The notes under the pieces: generated by a model
Seen by the model: only the letters and a program-made list of their open reading frames with translations
Told to the model about the DNA's origin: nothing
Databases searched by the model: none
Translations under genes and position numbers: made by a program
Assembly: GCA_029261035.1 (NCBI GenBank)
Contig: JAJDCD010000008.1
Coordinates: 230,882 to 294,881, forward strand
Direction of reading: 5' to 3'
Source: Candidatus Omnitrophota bacterium
GTDB taxonomy: Bacteria > Omnitrophota > Omnitrophia > Omnitrophales > JACROU01
DNA length: 64,000 nucleotides
In this document: one piece after another, positions 27,893 to 38,089 of the stretch
Layout: every line of letters starts with the position of its first letter
Numbering within the stretch: the first letter of the stretch is position 1

Positions 27893-30214
27893 TTAAGCAA
27901 CTTTATGGGGTAAAGCAGTCAATTCTTCTTCAACTAAAGGAAGTTTTATAACGAATTTTGTTCCCTTTCCAATTTCACTTATTACTACCATTACTCCCTT
28001 ATGCACTGATTCAATAATATGTTTGCAAATATACAAGCCTTGTCCTTGACCAGATGTTCCTATCCCTTTTTTTGCATCTTGTTCCTTTGTAGAATAACCT
28101 TGTTGAAACACTTTTCTTTGAACCTCTTCCGTCATCCCAGGTCCATTATCAATAAATTCTATTCTTGCCATTCCCTGATTTTCCTTGTCTATATCTGCAA
28201 CTAATTTAATTTCTCGGTTGGACTGTTGATCCATAGCTTCATAAGCATTTTTTATTAAATTAGTAAAAACTTGCATTAATTGTTCTAAATTACCATTAAT
28301 TAATAAATTCGCCTTAATATCTTCCTCAAATTCACAAAAACTCAAGTTTTCATCATATGTTGAAAAACGAGTTGCTTGAACAGATTCTTTCCATAAAACT
28401 AAAAAATTTAACGGTGTCATCTCACCTTTTGACTCTTTTAAAATATTAGTCAAAGTCTGCACAGCGACTTTTATTCTTCTCGCAGATTTTTCTACCCTAG
28501 AAATGTAATCAAAAATCTTATCAAAGTTTTCCTCTTCTATTTTTTTCTCTTCAGGAGATAATAGTTGTAAATATGCTGGCATAATTTTCCCTATCTTTTT
28601 CCTTAACAAATCAACACGTCCTTCTACAGTACATAATGGATTGTAAACTTCATGCCCTATAGCTTTAGCCATTCCAACCATCGTTGCATTTTTTTCAGCA
28701 ATAATTAAAGACGATTGAGTTTCTTGTAATCTCAAATTAGAGTTTTCTAATTCTTGATTAGTTTTTTCTAAAGCTATCGTACGATCAATTTTTTCATCAA
28801 ACAAACGCGCATTCTCAATTGCTAATGCCGATTCTTGTGCAATTACTGAAATAACGGAAATTTCAGAATCTCGATATATTTCATCCGACTTCTTTTTCCC
28901 CAAAACTAGTAAGCCTTTTAAATCCGATTCATAATAACTTGCTATTATTAATTCTGCACCCATATATTCAAATTCATTTCTTATTAATTTCAGATCTTCT
29001 ATTTTAATTTTTTTATTGTTAACATTCTTATCTAACATATCCATTATTTCATCATACTTTATATATGCAGTATTCTTGTACGATTTTAAATATCTCATTA
29101 TTACAGAATCACACCTAATTTCTTCAACTTCAATAAAACGATTGTTGTTTTTTCTAACTTCTACTAAACTGAAACTCTCCCCACTCTCCTTAGGCATATA
29201 AATAGATACCGCGCTAATTCTAGCCCTCATTGTCAAAAAATGACTTATCAATTTAAGTTGATGCTTTAAACTATTAATTTTAGCCAACCCCATACTCGCA
29301 TCTTTTAAAAGCTTGCTATAATCATATTTCTTTTGAAAAAGATACTTATCCGTAATATTAATCAAGATCTTTCTAGTTGGATCATACAAAACCATAGAAA
29401 CTAATACGCAAATAATTAAAGTTAAATTAATATTAATTTCATAAAACTGCCCAATTAGATTTTGTGTTAAGATAAATATCAATGATATTACTCCTAAGAC
29501 AACTGAAAACACCCCTGTAAATACTAATGACTTTTTAATAAATACTTCTATATCCATTGCTCTATATTTCAATATTGCATAAGTCATCATCCCCATATAT
29601 ATAGGAGCTAGCCCATTACCAAATGGAGGTATTTGTATGTTATACCAAAGAAAAAAGTTAGTAACTCCTCCAGCATAACCGATAATCATCCCTATTAAAA
29701 CTAGCTTAATCTGATTCCTCCACCCTCCAGTACTTCTTTTTAAAACAACCCATAGAAGATAACATGCATAAACTGCATTAATAAGAAAAAACAAAAGAAA
29801 AAAATGAAACAGAATACTTGGTACTGGCCAATATAGAAAAATATTTCTTTTTTCTACGCCAACTATTAGGTATCCTAAAAAATTTAATATTAAAAATATA
29901 AATGAAAGGATATAAGAAAAGAGAAGATAAGATTCATGTTTCTTATGAAGCTTCACCCAAGAAACTACAAAATCTAAAAAAATTACGGGGATCATGATAG
30001 CGCCAGAAATTAAGATTTTGGCACAGAACAGTGATAAGGATGGGCTTTTGGAAATAAGCCAAAAAAAGTATCCAAAACTCCATATAGCAACCATAAAATT
30101 AAAAAAAGCATATTTTATGTTTACATAGTTTTTAGAGTTCTTAAATAAAACAAAAGACCCTAAAATTATACTTGTTAACGCATTTATTAATCCAGTAATA
30201 GCATAAAAAAACAT
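27893..30214 (-). CDS. Sensor histidine kinase with 7TM-type N-terminal sensor
   Basis: 773 aa; about 7-8 TM N-terminus, GAF-like linker, H-box MAKAIGHEVYNPL, HATPase_c (GTSGQGQGLYICKHIIE). Confidence 0.85.
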   Translation of the reverse strand: MFFYAITGLINALTSIILGSFVLFKNSKNYVNIKYAFFNFMVAIWSFGYFFWLISKSPSLSLFCAKILISGAIMIPVIFLDFVVSWVKLHKKHESYLLFSYILSFIFLILNFLGYLIVGVEKRNIFLYWPVPSILFHFFLLFFLINAVYACYLLWVVLKRSTGGWRNQIKLVLIGMIIGYAGGVTNFFLWYNIQIPPFGNGLAPIYMGMMTYAILKYRAMDIEVFIKKSLVFTGVFSVVLGVISLIFILTQNLIGQFYEININLTLIICVLVSMVLYDPTRKILINITDKYLFQKKYDYSKLLKDASMGLAKINSLKHQLKLISHFLTMRARISAVSIYMPKESGESFSLVEVRKNNNRFIEVEEIRCDSVIMRYLKSYKNTAYIKYDEIMDMLDKNVNNKKIKIEDLKLIRNEFEYMGAELIIASYYESDLKGLLVLGKKKSDEIYRDSEISVISVIAQESALAIENARLFDEKIDRTIALEKTNQELENSNLRLQETQSSLIIAEKNATMVGMAKAIGHEVYNPLCTVEGRVDLLRKKIGKIMPAYLQLLSPEEKKIEEENFDKIFDYISRVEKSARRIKVAVQTLTNILKESKGEMTPLNFLVLWKESVQATRFSTYDENLSFCEFEEDIKANLLINGNLEQLMQVFTNLIKNAYEAMDQQSNREIKLVADIDKENQGMARIEFIDNGPGMTEEVQRKVFQQGYSTKEQDAKKGIGTSGQGQGLYICKHIIESVHKGVMVVISEIGKGTKFVIKLPLVEEELTALPHKVA

Positions 30215-30225
30215 ATAACTCTCTT

Positions 30226-31254
30226 TTAATTAGAGTTGCTAGCTATAATATATTGCATTATACCTTGTTGCTCATAAGAAAATTTCAACTGCTTATTACT
30301 AAAACCTGCTTTTAGAAACAACTCTTTAAAGTTATCTGGTTGTCGATATATGAGCTCCCATAACCCCACTAAAATCATAAAATAAAAAGAAGGATTACTA
30401 TACTTACTTTGCACATCAGCTATTATCAATACTCCATTAGGGCTCAAAAGTTTTTTCATATTTGCAATTAATCTAACTGCCACTTTATCTCCTAAATAAT
30501 CAAATAGACCTGTTGAATAAATTAAATCAAATTTTTTACCAAACTCTTCTTCTATATTCTTTTTTAAAGCAAGCTTTACTGCATTTTTTTTAAAAAATTC
30601 TACATTTTTGTAAGGAAGTAACTTTTCTGAAAAACTCAAAGCATTTTGATCATTATCAATACAAGTAAAATTTGTATCCATAATCTTAAATGGAGACAAC
30701 TGAAAAATCTCAAAAATCTCTCTACATGGACCACAAGCTAAATTTAAAACATCAGCTTTGTAATTACGTGCTAAAATAAAATCCAAAATGAATTTTCTAA
30801 AGTCATCTTTTCGATTTCTTACAGCTACAGAAATCGATGACATTTGCATATAATTATCAAATAAACGATCCACACCTTCAGTCGTAGGTGAGTTTTCATA
30901 TATAAAATTAATCATTTGATAATCACCGGCATACCCATAAGGCTTATCTTGACTCCATTTAATATATTCACCCTTAGAAAATTCTTTCAAAAAATTATTT
31001 AAAAAGAATTCTCTAAATTTCTTATTATGACTCAGATTCCCTTTGGCTTCATTTTCTCTTTCAAAGATCATAATATCTCTAAATATCCCATTAATAGTTT
31101 GGCTAAAATCACTTTGATAAACACCCCATTCACTTGGGTTTATATTTAAACTATCTTTTAAATACTCCATCCTCTTTTTATATTGTTTGATTTTTCTCAG
31201 CAAAGGGGCTTGCGGTAAAACTAAATCATCAACATTCATACTATTCATTATCAA
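30226..31254 (-). CDS. SAM-dependent methyltransferase (divergent motif I) with about 150-aa N-terminal extension
   Basis: Motif I variant VLNLACGPCRE, acidic residue CIDND, motif II FDLIYSTGLFDYL, motif III SPNGVLIIAD; 342 aa. Confidence 0.6.
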   Translation of the reverse strand: MIMNSMNVDDLVLPQAPLLRKIKQYKKRMEYLKDSLNINPSEWGVYQSDFSQTINGIFRDIMIFERENEAKGNLSHNKKFREFFLNNFLKEFSKGEYIKWSQDKPYGYAGDYQMINFIYENSPTTEGVDRLFDNYMQMSSISVAVRNRKDDFRKFILDFILARNYKADVLNLACGPCREIFEIFQLSPFKIMDTNFTCIDNDQNALSFSEKLLPYKNVEFFKKNAVKLALKKNIEEEFGKKFDLIYSTGLFDYLGDKVAVRLIANMKKLLSPNGVLIIADVQSKYSNPSFYFMILVGLWELIYRQPDNFKELFLKAGFSNKQLKFSYEQQGIMQYIIASNSN

Positions 31255-31277
31255 CCTTTTAATATTTTAAATTATTA

Positions 31278-32663
31278 CTAGCTATTAGAAATTGATTGTT
31301 GTTTTTCAAAAAAAGGAATATGGTCAAAGCGGTAGGTGAAATTTACAATAAAGTCATTAGTATAGCTCGTATATCGACCGTCAATATTAAGACCTGTCTT
31401 AGCGAAAACCTCTGAGTTCTGAATATTTCTACTAAAATGAAATAAACCAAGGTATGCGGTATCTAAACTCATATTTTCTGTGATATTCCACCTTAATCCT
31501 AATGACCAACCCATTCTATGAGAATCAACCAAAACATTATCTACATGCTCTTTAGGAGATGCTGCTGTGTAGTAAAGAGTTCCTGCCATTAAATCTAATT
31601 TATCATTAATTTTGTAATGACCTCCGAGGTGAAAGCTCCATGTGTTGTCATAATCCCTTGGTACTCTTCCTAAATTTTGTAGTACGACATTAGTTATTTC
31701 GAATGCGAAGTCTTGGTCTTTGAAAACATTCCACATTGTGTAACCCACGTCAAACTCTATTGCCCACTTATCCGATGGAACATAGGCATAACCAACTGTT
31801 ATGTTTGGAGGTAAGGGCAAGTCTGATGTTGCTTGTGTCTTGAAGTCAGGGCCTGTTGGAAATAGATTTCCTAAAACAGGTGAAAATAAAAGTGGGTTTA
31901 AACCTTCTATGCGTACTTCCCCATCAATTTCAACAGTTGCTCTGCTTCTGTAATAAAAACCTATTCTGTGTTTTTCAGATGGTTTGTATAGAGCACCTAA
32001 AGTCCATCCTAATCCATAACCATCGGAATCAAGTCTTGCTACACCGTCAGGAGCATTATTTGGACCAATAATCCCTGCTAGAACATTGGAATTTGGAAAG
32101 TTGGATATCTGATCATATTTAAATGTTACGTAGTCTACAGCGGCACCTCCAATTGAAAGCTTATCGGAAAGCTTCAAGCCACCTGCCAATGTTATAGCAA
32201 CCATTTTTAAGGCATTACGATGTCCTGTGTACCTCGAGAAGACATCTGTAGAATTGTATCTGTTTTGAAGTCCGAAGGGGGCTGTCATTCCTAAACCAAA
32301 ACCTACCCTGTCATCTAAAATTTCACCTGGATTTGCTGTAAGGAAGAAGTTGGGAACAAATGCAAGCTGAGCACTGCTCTTCTCTCTTCGCCCTGTTCCC
32401 TTGCTCTGGAAATGCGTTAGAGTATTGATAGCAGCGCCACCCACGGATAATTGAACCCCTGGGAGGTCTGGAAGTCCAGCTGGGTTAAATACAACCGCAT
32501 CTGGCTCATCTGGACGAGCAACAACTGCATTGGATTGAGCTATCGATCTTGCACTGTAAGTTGCATTCTCAAATCCTGAAGATCCTACCGCCCAACATTG
32601 GGACTGGAAAGCTACCAAAATAAGAACGATTAAAAGGCTGAGTTTAGTGTAAAGTCTAAGCAT
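31278..32663 (-). CDS. Outer-membrane beta-barrel protein, FadL/TodX-like (hydrophobic compound channel)
   Basis: Signal peptide, N-terminal GSSGFENATYSARSIAQSNAVVA hatch-like segment, alternating beta-strand pattern, C-terminal aromatic residue; 461 aa. Confidence 0.6.
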   Translation of the reverse strand: MLRLYTKLSLLIVLILVAFQSQCWAVGSSGFENATYSARSIAQSNAVVARPDEPDAVVFNPAGLPDLPGVQLSVGGAAINTLTHFQSKGTGRREKSSAQLAFVPNFFLTANPGEILDDRVGFGLGMTAPFGLQNRYNSTDVFSRYTGHRNALKMVAITLAGGLKLSDKLSIGGAAVDYVTFKYDQISNFPNSNVLAGIIGPNNAPDGVARLDSDGYGLGWTLGALYKPSEKHRIGFYYRSRATVEIDGEVRIEGLNPLLFSPVLGNLFPTGPDFKTQATSDLPLPPNITVGYAYVPSDKWAIEFDVGYTMWNVFKDQDFAFEITNVVLQNLGRVPRDYDNTWSFHLGGHYKINDKLDLMAGTLYYTAASPKEHVDNVLVDSHRMGWSLGLRWNITENMSLDTAYLGLFHFSRNIQNSEVFAKTGLNIDGRYTSYTNDFIVNFTYRFDHIPFFEKQQSISNS

Positions 32664-32820
32664 ATATAGATTTTCGACATTTATAGCCTCTATTTGAAGG
32701 GTTATTTTGTAATTTTATGGTTAAAAATTCTATATATGGTGCTTAAATTTCCCTCTTCTTCTATATGTAGATAATCAGCTCTGAAATGGCTAACAATCTA
32801 CTCTTTATAAGGTTTTATAT

Positions 32821-32925
32821 AGATTTACAGGGCTTTAGGATATTAACCAAGAAACTTATCGAAGAAGGCATGTTTGATGAGGAAGAAATAGCCAATGAAG
32901 ATGGAGTTGTGATAGAAAATTAAGA
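32821..32925 (-). pseudogene. Relic 3' end of a CPBP-protease gene (duplicate of the 33873-34985 C-terminus)
   Basis: Minus-strand translation gives ...FYHNSIFIGYFFLIKHAFFDKFLG*, matching the C-terminus of the CPBP gene (VVHNSIFIGYFFLIKHAFFDKYLG*); DNA 32857-32916 about 91 percent identical to 33888-33947. Confidence 0.6.
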
Positions 32926-33073
32926 GAAATAAGAAACTGACATTTTTAATTCTTAGGCTGCTTGAGCAATGAGTTGAATTCTTTTTAGGGCTTGGGTGAC
33001 GGCAGCTAATATTATGTCTTTTGAAATTGTTCCCAGGACTGTCCTGTTACTTGATCAGAAGCTTCAAAATATT

Positions 33074-33388
33074 TTACGCTGCTTCTTTTTTTGGTTTAAT
33101 CACAATTTTTAAACCAACGGCTTCCAGTATAGAGTTTAAGGTAGATAGTTTAGGGTTTCCTTTTTTAGACATTGCTTTGTAGAGACTCTCTCTACCAAGG
33201 TTGGCTTTAGTGGCTACCTCTCTTACACTATGGGCTTTAGCAACATCCATAAGAGCTAAAAGAAACAACTCTTCTGGATCTCCCTCTTTATCCACCCAAC
33301 AAGCCATTAGATATTGCGCTGCATAATTAGGGTCCTTCAATCTCTCTAATAGCCCCTCTTTATATGAAACACTTTTTACTCTTTTCAT
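33074..33388 (-). CDS. Addiction-module antidote protein (HTH antitoxin, HigA-like)
   Basis: 104 aa; HTH-containing C-terminal half; overlaps upstream toxin gene by 4 bp in the toxin-first HigBA arrangement. Confidence 0.75.
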   Translation of the reverse strand: MKRVKSVSYKEGLLERLKDPNYAAQYLMACWVDKEGDPEELFLLALMDVAKAHSVREVATKANLGRESLYKAMSKKGNPKLSTLNSILEAVGLKIVIKPKKEAA

Positions 33389-33705
33389 TTAAAATCCCTA
33401 TATTCTTTCCAGTATTGTTGAGCTTTTTTTATATCTTTATTTTGCCCACTTTTAGTTCCACCACACAATAATAAAATTATTCTATTTTGTTCTTTTCCAA
33501 AATAAATTCGATATCCTGGACCATAGTAAATTTTCAATTCAAAAACCCCAGCTCCAACAGATCGACTGTTTCCGAGAGTCCCTCGTTCTACATTTGCAAT
33601 CCGAGTATCAATTAAAACTTTAGCACACCTATCTCTTAATGATTCAAACCACTCACTAAATGGTCTTCTTCCCTCAATAGTTACATATTCTCTAATCTCA
33701 TTCAT
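33385..33705 (-). CDS. Addiction-module killer protein (RelE/ParE-superfamily toxin, HigB-like)
   Basis: 106 aa; N-terminal Gp49-like motif and basic C-terminus; precedes HTH antitoxin. Confidence 0.75.
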   Translation of the reverse strand: MNEIREYVTIEGRRPFSEWFESLRDRCAKVLIDTRIANVERGTLGNSRSVGAGVFELKIYYGPGYRIYFGKEQNRIILLLCGGTKSGQNKDIKKAQQYWKEYRDFK

Positions 33706-33723
33706 TAATGGCTCACTACATTT

Positions 33724-33739
33724 GTATCCTAAAAGATAC
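33724..33739. promoter_or_regulatory. Palindrome GTATCCTAAAAGATAC upstream of toxin gene (candidate TA autoregulation operator)
   Basis: Inverted repeat GTATC-N6-GATAC located 19-34 bp upstream of toxin start codon. Confidence 0.3.
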
Positions 33740-33872
33740 TATTTGTCAAATTTTAAATAATTAATATTATTATTGCAATATATTAATTTTAATAAGTGCC
33801 GTTACTGGTAGTGCCAGGCTATATGTATTTACAAAAATACATAAGCAAACTCAATGAAAATGAATAGCCTCG

Positions 33873-34985
33873 TTAGCCTAAATATTTATCGAAGAAGGCA
33901 TGTTTTATTAGGAAGAAATAGCCTATGAATATGGAATTGTGGACCACATGAATCACTATGGATGGGACTAGAGAGTTGCTCTTTTCGTACACATAGGCCA
34001 AAACCATGCCTAATACAAATATGGGGAAAAAAGCAAATATGGAACCATGGATTGATGCGAAAAAGGCTGAGGATAAAACCATAGCCCATTTTGCTCCCCA
34101 TTTTTTTCTGAATGCGGGATAGCAAAACCCTCTGAAGAAGATCTCCTCTACAATAGGCCCTATGGTGCATGCTAAAAAAACAGAAAGATAAATAACCATT
34201 GGGTTTTTTTTATCTTCTTCTAAAAAGATCTCTACCAATTCATGAGGTGGCGGTTCGTAAGAAATCATTTCTGTAATAACAACTAACAAGGCTAAGACCA
34301 TCGCAATAACAGGAAGTATGGCGGAGTAACTTAATAATCCTAACCCCAAGTCTTTAAATCCATATTTGAAGCGCAGTCCAAGGGATGAAAAGTTTGTTTG
34401 ATATTCTTTATTCAGTAGATTCAAAATAAATAAAACGATAACAACATCAATGAAAATAGTTAAAAGTAAAGTCCATAAATTTTCCACCCCCTTGTTATCC
34501 AACAAACTATGAAAAGAGCTTAGCGCAGCTGAAAAAACAAGGGTAGAGAACAAAATGAATATAATACATTTAGCAATATCTCTAACGCTCCAGGGAATTT
34601 CTGTCCGAGGCAATCTTGCTTTAATTATTTCTTTTCCTTTAGCCCACTGGGAAATAATGTTTACATCAATAAAAGCTCCTAAAAATATCCCCCCAAAAAT
34701 AAGTAATGGAATTAATATCATAAAGAAACTCTCTGTAAGAGTAGCCTCTTTAAAAAAATCGAGAATCAACTGAGTTTGGTCTTCTTGTTTTAGCTGGTCC
34801 TCTATTTGTTTCACTTGCTGTATTACTTCAGAAGGCTCTTCTACTTGATTAGGCGAAAGAAAGGAAAGTAAGAGAAAAGAACAGATAGCAAAACAGAACA
34901 AATACGAATAGGTCTTTTCTTCTTTAAAAAATTGATAAATTTCTGAGGTTGTATTTTTGAGGACACTTAGGATTTGATTGATCAT
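33873..34985 (-). CDS. CPBP-family intramembrane metalloprotease (CAAX protease/Abi-like)
   Basis: Motifs EEIFFRGF (EExxxR), FFASIHGS (FxxxH) and HVVHNSIF (HxxxN) in a polytopic membrane protein; 370 aa. Confidence 0.7.
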   Translation of the reverse strand: MINQILSVLKNTTSEIYQFFKEEKTYSYLFCFAICSFLLLSFLSPNQVEEPSEVIQQVKQIEDQLKQEDQTQLILDFFKEATLTESFFMILIPLLIFGGIFLGAFIDVNIISQWAKGKEIIKARLPRTEIPWSVRDIAKCIIFILFSTLVFSAALSSFHSLLDNKGVENLWTLLLTIFIDVVIVLFILNLLNKEYQTNFSSLGLRFKYGFKDLGLGLLSYSAILPVIAMVLALLVVITEMISYEPPPHELVEIFLEEDKKNPMVIYLSVFLACTIGPIVEEIFFRGFCYPAFRKKWGAKWAMVLSSAFFASIHGSIFAFFPIFVLGMVLAYVYEKSNSLVPSIVIHVVHNSIFIGYFFLIKHAFFDKYLG

Positions 34986-34993
34986 CGTATGGT

Positions 34994-35962
34994 TTAGAAC
35001 AAGACATCTTCCAACTGAATAGCAATATGCTCTGCTGCTATTTTTTGATTAAGATTACCTTCTAATGTTTCTCTAGAGGACATAAGGTCTTGTATTAATT
35101 GAGAAATAGAGTCTCTGCTTACCGCCCCAACACGTGCTGAAAATTGCTGTATTTCTTCTGGGTAGATTAAAGGAGGATTTTCTTTTTCTATTGTGCTCAC
35201 TATGTAATCTCTTAAGAATTGAATAAACAACTCAACGATGGCTTTTAATTCTTCTCGGTTCTTAACTCCATACTCGTTTAAAAAACCCCATGCTCCTTGA
35301 TCTAACCAATCGGAAAGCAAAAAACGGTTATGTTCCAACACGCCCTCTTCAGCAAATGCTAAAGCTTTTCCTAAATTACCTTCTGTAAATCGAGACAAAA
35401 TATCTATATCTTCTTCTATCCCACGTTGTTCTAATACCTGATGAATTGTTTCACTGCTAAGAGGATTCAGCTGAACTTCAATCGAACGACTACGAATAGT
35501 ATCTAAAAGTACATTTTTTTGGGATGAAAGCAAAATAATTTGGGAAAAATCAGGAGGCTCTTCCAGCGTCTTCAAAAGTGCATTCTGACTTTCCAAAGTC
35601 ATCGCGTTCGCATTGTTAATAATAAATACTTTTGTTTTTGATTCAAAGGGTTTTAGAGAAATCCAATGGTTAAGGTCGCGAATGTCATCAATCTTCACTT
35701 TCTTTGTATCTTCTTCTACCCCATACCATTTAATGTCCGGGTGATTTCCCTGTTCTATTTTATGGCAAGAAGAGCACTCACACTCTTCAAAGAAAACGCC
35801 TTTTTCGCAACATATCGCTTTGGTTAGGAAGCGAGCGAATGTCTTTTTCCCCATTCCCTCTTCACCTGTGACTAACAAGCTGTGACTTAAATTATTGTTC
35901 TTTATAGAGTTCTCAATAAACTCAAGAACCTTTTCATTTCCATAAAATTTATCTAAAAGCAT
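34994..35962 (-). CDS. holB: DNA polymerase III delta-prime subunit
   Basis: AAA+ clamp-loader fold with degenerate Walker A (GEEGMGKKTFA), zinc module CxxC...CxxC, SRC-like motif; overlaps tmk. Confidence 0.75.
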   Translation of the reverse strand: MLLDKFYGNEKVLEFIENSIKNNNLSHSLLVTGEEGMGKKTFARFLTKAICCEKGVFFEECECSSCHKIEQGNHPDIKWYGVEEDTKKVKIDDIRDLNHWISLKPFESKTKVFIINNANAMTLESQNALLKTLEEPPDFSQIILLSSQKNVLLDTIRSRSIEVQLNPLSSETIHQVLEQRGIEEDIDILSRFTEGNLGKALAFAEEGVLEHNRFLLSDWLDQGAWGFLNEYGVKNREELKAIVELFIQFLRDYIVSTIEKENPPLIYPEEIQQFSARVGAVSRDSISQLIQDLMSSRETLEGNLNQKIAAEHIAIQLEDVLF

Positions 35963-36575
35963 AATTTATTACTTTCTTGATTTCTTCTTGAACATTTTCT
36001 ATAGATTGAGTTGTAGATATAACTCTAAATCGTTTTTTATTTTTTTTTGCTAGCTGCAAGAAACCTTTTCTAACTTTTTCGTGAAAAGCTTTGGGCTTTC
36101 TTTCCATCCGATCCGTCCCACCGGCCCTTTTAAGACCTGTAGATACAGGAACATCCAGAAGAAGTGTTAAGTTAGGAGTTAAACCATCTGTAGCAAAATC
36201 CCCCATAGTCTCAATTAGTTTCTGAGATAGCTTTCCCGCAAAGCCTTGGTAAACCCATGTCGAATCCTGAAAACGATCACAAAGAACAACTTTACCAGCT
36301 TTAAGCGCCGGTAGAATTTTCTTCTCCACCAAATCTCTTCTAGCGGCTAAAAATAAAAAAGTTTCCACCTCGCTCGATAAAGGTTCATTTTTATGAAGAA
36401 GAATTTTACGGATAGCATCTGCCGTTGGAGTTTTTCCGGGCTCTCTTAATACCAGAACTTTATAGCCCTTCTTTTTCAGCAACTTCTCAGCATAACGAAT
36501 TTGAGTCGTTTTGCCGCTGCCTTCTGGGCCTTCAAAAGTTACTAATTTTCCTTTTTTTGATTTCATAATTTCCAT
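35949..36575 (-). CDS. tmk: Thymidylate kinase
   Basis: P-loop VTFEGPEGSGKTTQ, DRF motif (CDRFQDS); 208 aa. Confidence 0.85.
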   Translation of the reverse strand: MEIMKSKKGKLVTFEGPEGSGKTTQIRYAEKLLKKKGYKVLVLREPGKTPTADAIRKILLHKNEPLSSEVETFLFLAARRDLVEKKILPALKAGKVVLCDRFQDSTWVYQGFAGKLSQKLIETMGDFATDGLTPNLTLLLDVPVSTGLKRAGGTDRMERKPKAFHEKVRKGFLQLAKKNKKRFRVISTTQSIENVQEEIKKVINYAFR

Positions 36576-36653
36576 TTCCTCTACTGTCTTTAATAGGCTT
36601 ATAGCAAGTAATTAGATCCTTCACTACGTTCAGGATGACAGTCCGTTGTCTGG

Positions 36654-36690
36654 GATTGCCCCGACTCTTTGCTAGGTGTCTCGCAATGAC
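36654..36690. repeat. Fragment of GTCATTGCGAG-type palindromic element
   Basis: GATTGCC...CTCGCAATGAC matches the right arm of the 1200-1311 element. Confidence 0.4.
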
Positions 36691-36693
36691 ATG

Positions 36694-38082
36694 TTAAACC
36701 TTTTTAATTCGGGTTCCTTGTTTCGTGTCTTCCAAAGCATAGCCTTTTGAAATAATGAGATCTCTTAACTCATCGGATCGTTCGTAATTCTTATTGTGTT
36801 TTGCTTCATCTCTTTGTGAAGCAATTTTTAGAATTTCTTCTGGGATCTCATCTTTATGAATTAAAGCTTCTAATCCTAAAATCTGATTAAAAGTTTCTTT
36901 AAACTTCAAAACTTCTTTTTTCTCTTCTTCTGTAAACTGCTGACTCTCCATAGAAGTATTCACTTCGTGCATTAAATCAAAAAAACAACCCAGAGCTCCT
37001 GATATATTTAAATCATCTTTTAAAAAATCTACGAATTGATTTTCTTTACTTTGAAATGAAGCTAATTTAACGGATTTCCCATCTAAGGTCTGACAATCTT
37101 CTACCCGAATCCAAAAGTCTTTTATTTTCTGCAAAATTCCTTGAGCTTCTTCTATCCCTTTCAGCGTAAAATTAACAGGATGCCGGTAATGATGTGAAAT
37201 CAGCAAATATCGAATAGCTAGAGCATCATAACCTTTCTCCATCAAATCTCTAAGTGTATAAAAATTACCTTTCGACTTAGACATCTTCTCTCCATCAACC
37301 AATAAGAATTTACAATGCAGCCAATACTGAACGAATTTCTTTCCAGTTGCGGCTTCTGATTGAGCAATTTCATTTTCGTGGTGTGGGAAAATATTATCTT
37401 CTCCACCTGTATGAATATCAAAAGTTTCTCCTAGGTACTGCATTCCCATCACTGAGCATTCAATATGCCAGCCTGGACGACCTTCACCCCAAGGACTCAC
37501 CCAAAAAGGCTCTCCTTCTTTTTTGGCTTTCCAAAGAGTAAAGTCACAGAGATCTTCTTTGTGGTACTCGTCCACATCCACTCTGGCGCCTGCGATATTT
37601 TCCTGAAGGTCTTTTTTAGACAATTTGCCATAATCCGGGAAAGAGGTTACACGATAGTAAACAGAACCCTCTTGCTCATAGGCATGGCCCTTTTCAATCA
37701 AAGTTTGAATCATTGCAATCATCCCATCAACATGTCTTGTCGCACGAGGATATTCTTCAGCTGTTTCAACAGCTAAGCTTTCGAGGTCTTTATGAAATGC
37801 TTCAATGTATTTTTCGGTATATTCGTCCAAAGATAGGTTGTTATTTACCGCTTCTCTTATCGTTTTATCATCCACATCCGTAATATTCATTACCTGTGTT
37901 ACCGTGTAACCAGAAAGCTTAAGCGTTCTTCTTAAAAGGTCTTCAAAAACATAAGCTCTTAAGTTTCCGATATGTGCATAATCATAAACCGTAGGGCCAC
38001 AAGTATACATTAAAGCTTTGCCTTTATTTATAGGCTTAAACTCTTCTTTTTTCTTTGTATACGTGTTGTATAGCTTTAACAT
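36694..38082 (-). CDS. cysS: Cysteinyl-tRNA synthetase
   Basis: Class I HIGH (HIGNLRAY) and KMSKS motifs, zinc-binding Cys; 462 aa. Confidence 0.95.
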   Translation of the reverse strand: MLKLYNTYTKKKEEFKPINKGKALMYTCGPTVYDYAHIGNLRAYVFEDLLRRTLKLSGYTVTQVMNITDVDDKTIREAVNNNLSLDEYTEKYIEAFHKDLESLAVETAEEYPRATRHVDGMIAMIQTLIEKGHAYEQEGSVYYRVTSFPDYGKLSKKDLQENIAGARVDVDEYHKEDLCDFTLWKAKKEGEPFWVSPWGEGRPGWHIECSVMGMQYLGETFDIHTGGEDNIFPHHENEIAQSEAATGKKFVQYWLHCKFLLVDGEKMSKSKGNFYTLRDLMEKGYDALAIRYLLISHHYRHPVNFTLKGIEEAQGILQKIKDFWIRVEDCQTLDGKSVKLASFQSKENQFVDFLKDDLNISGALGCFFDLMHEVNTSMESQQFTEEEKKEVLKFKETFNQILGLEALIHKDEIPEEILKIASQRDEAKHNKNYERSDELRDLIISKGYALEDTKQGTRIKKV

Positions 38083-38089
38083 TATTAAA

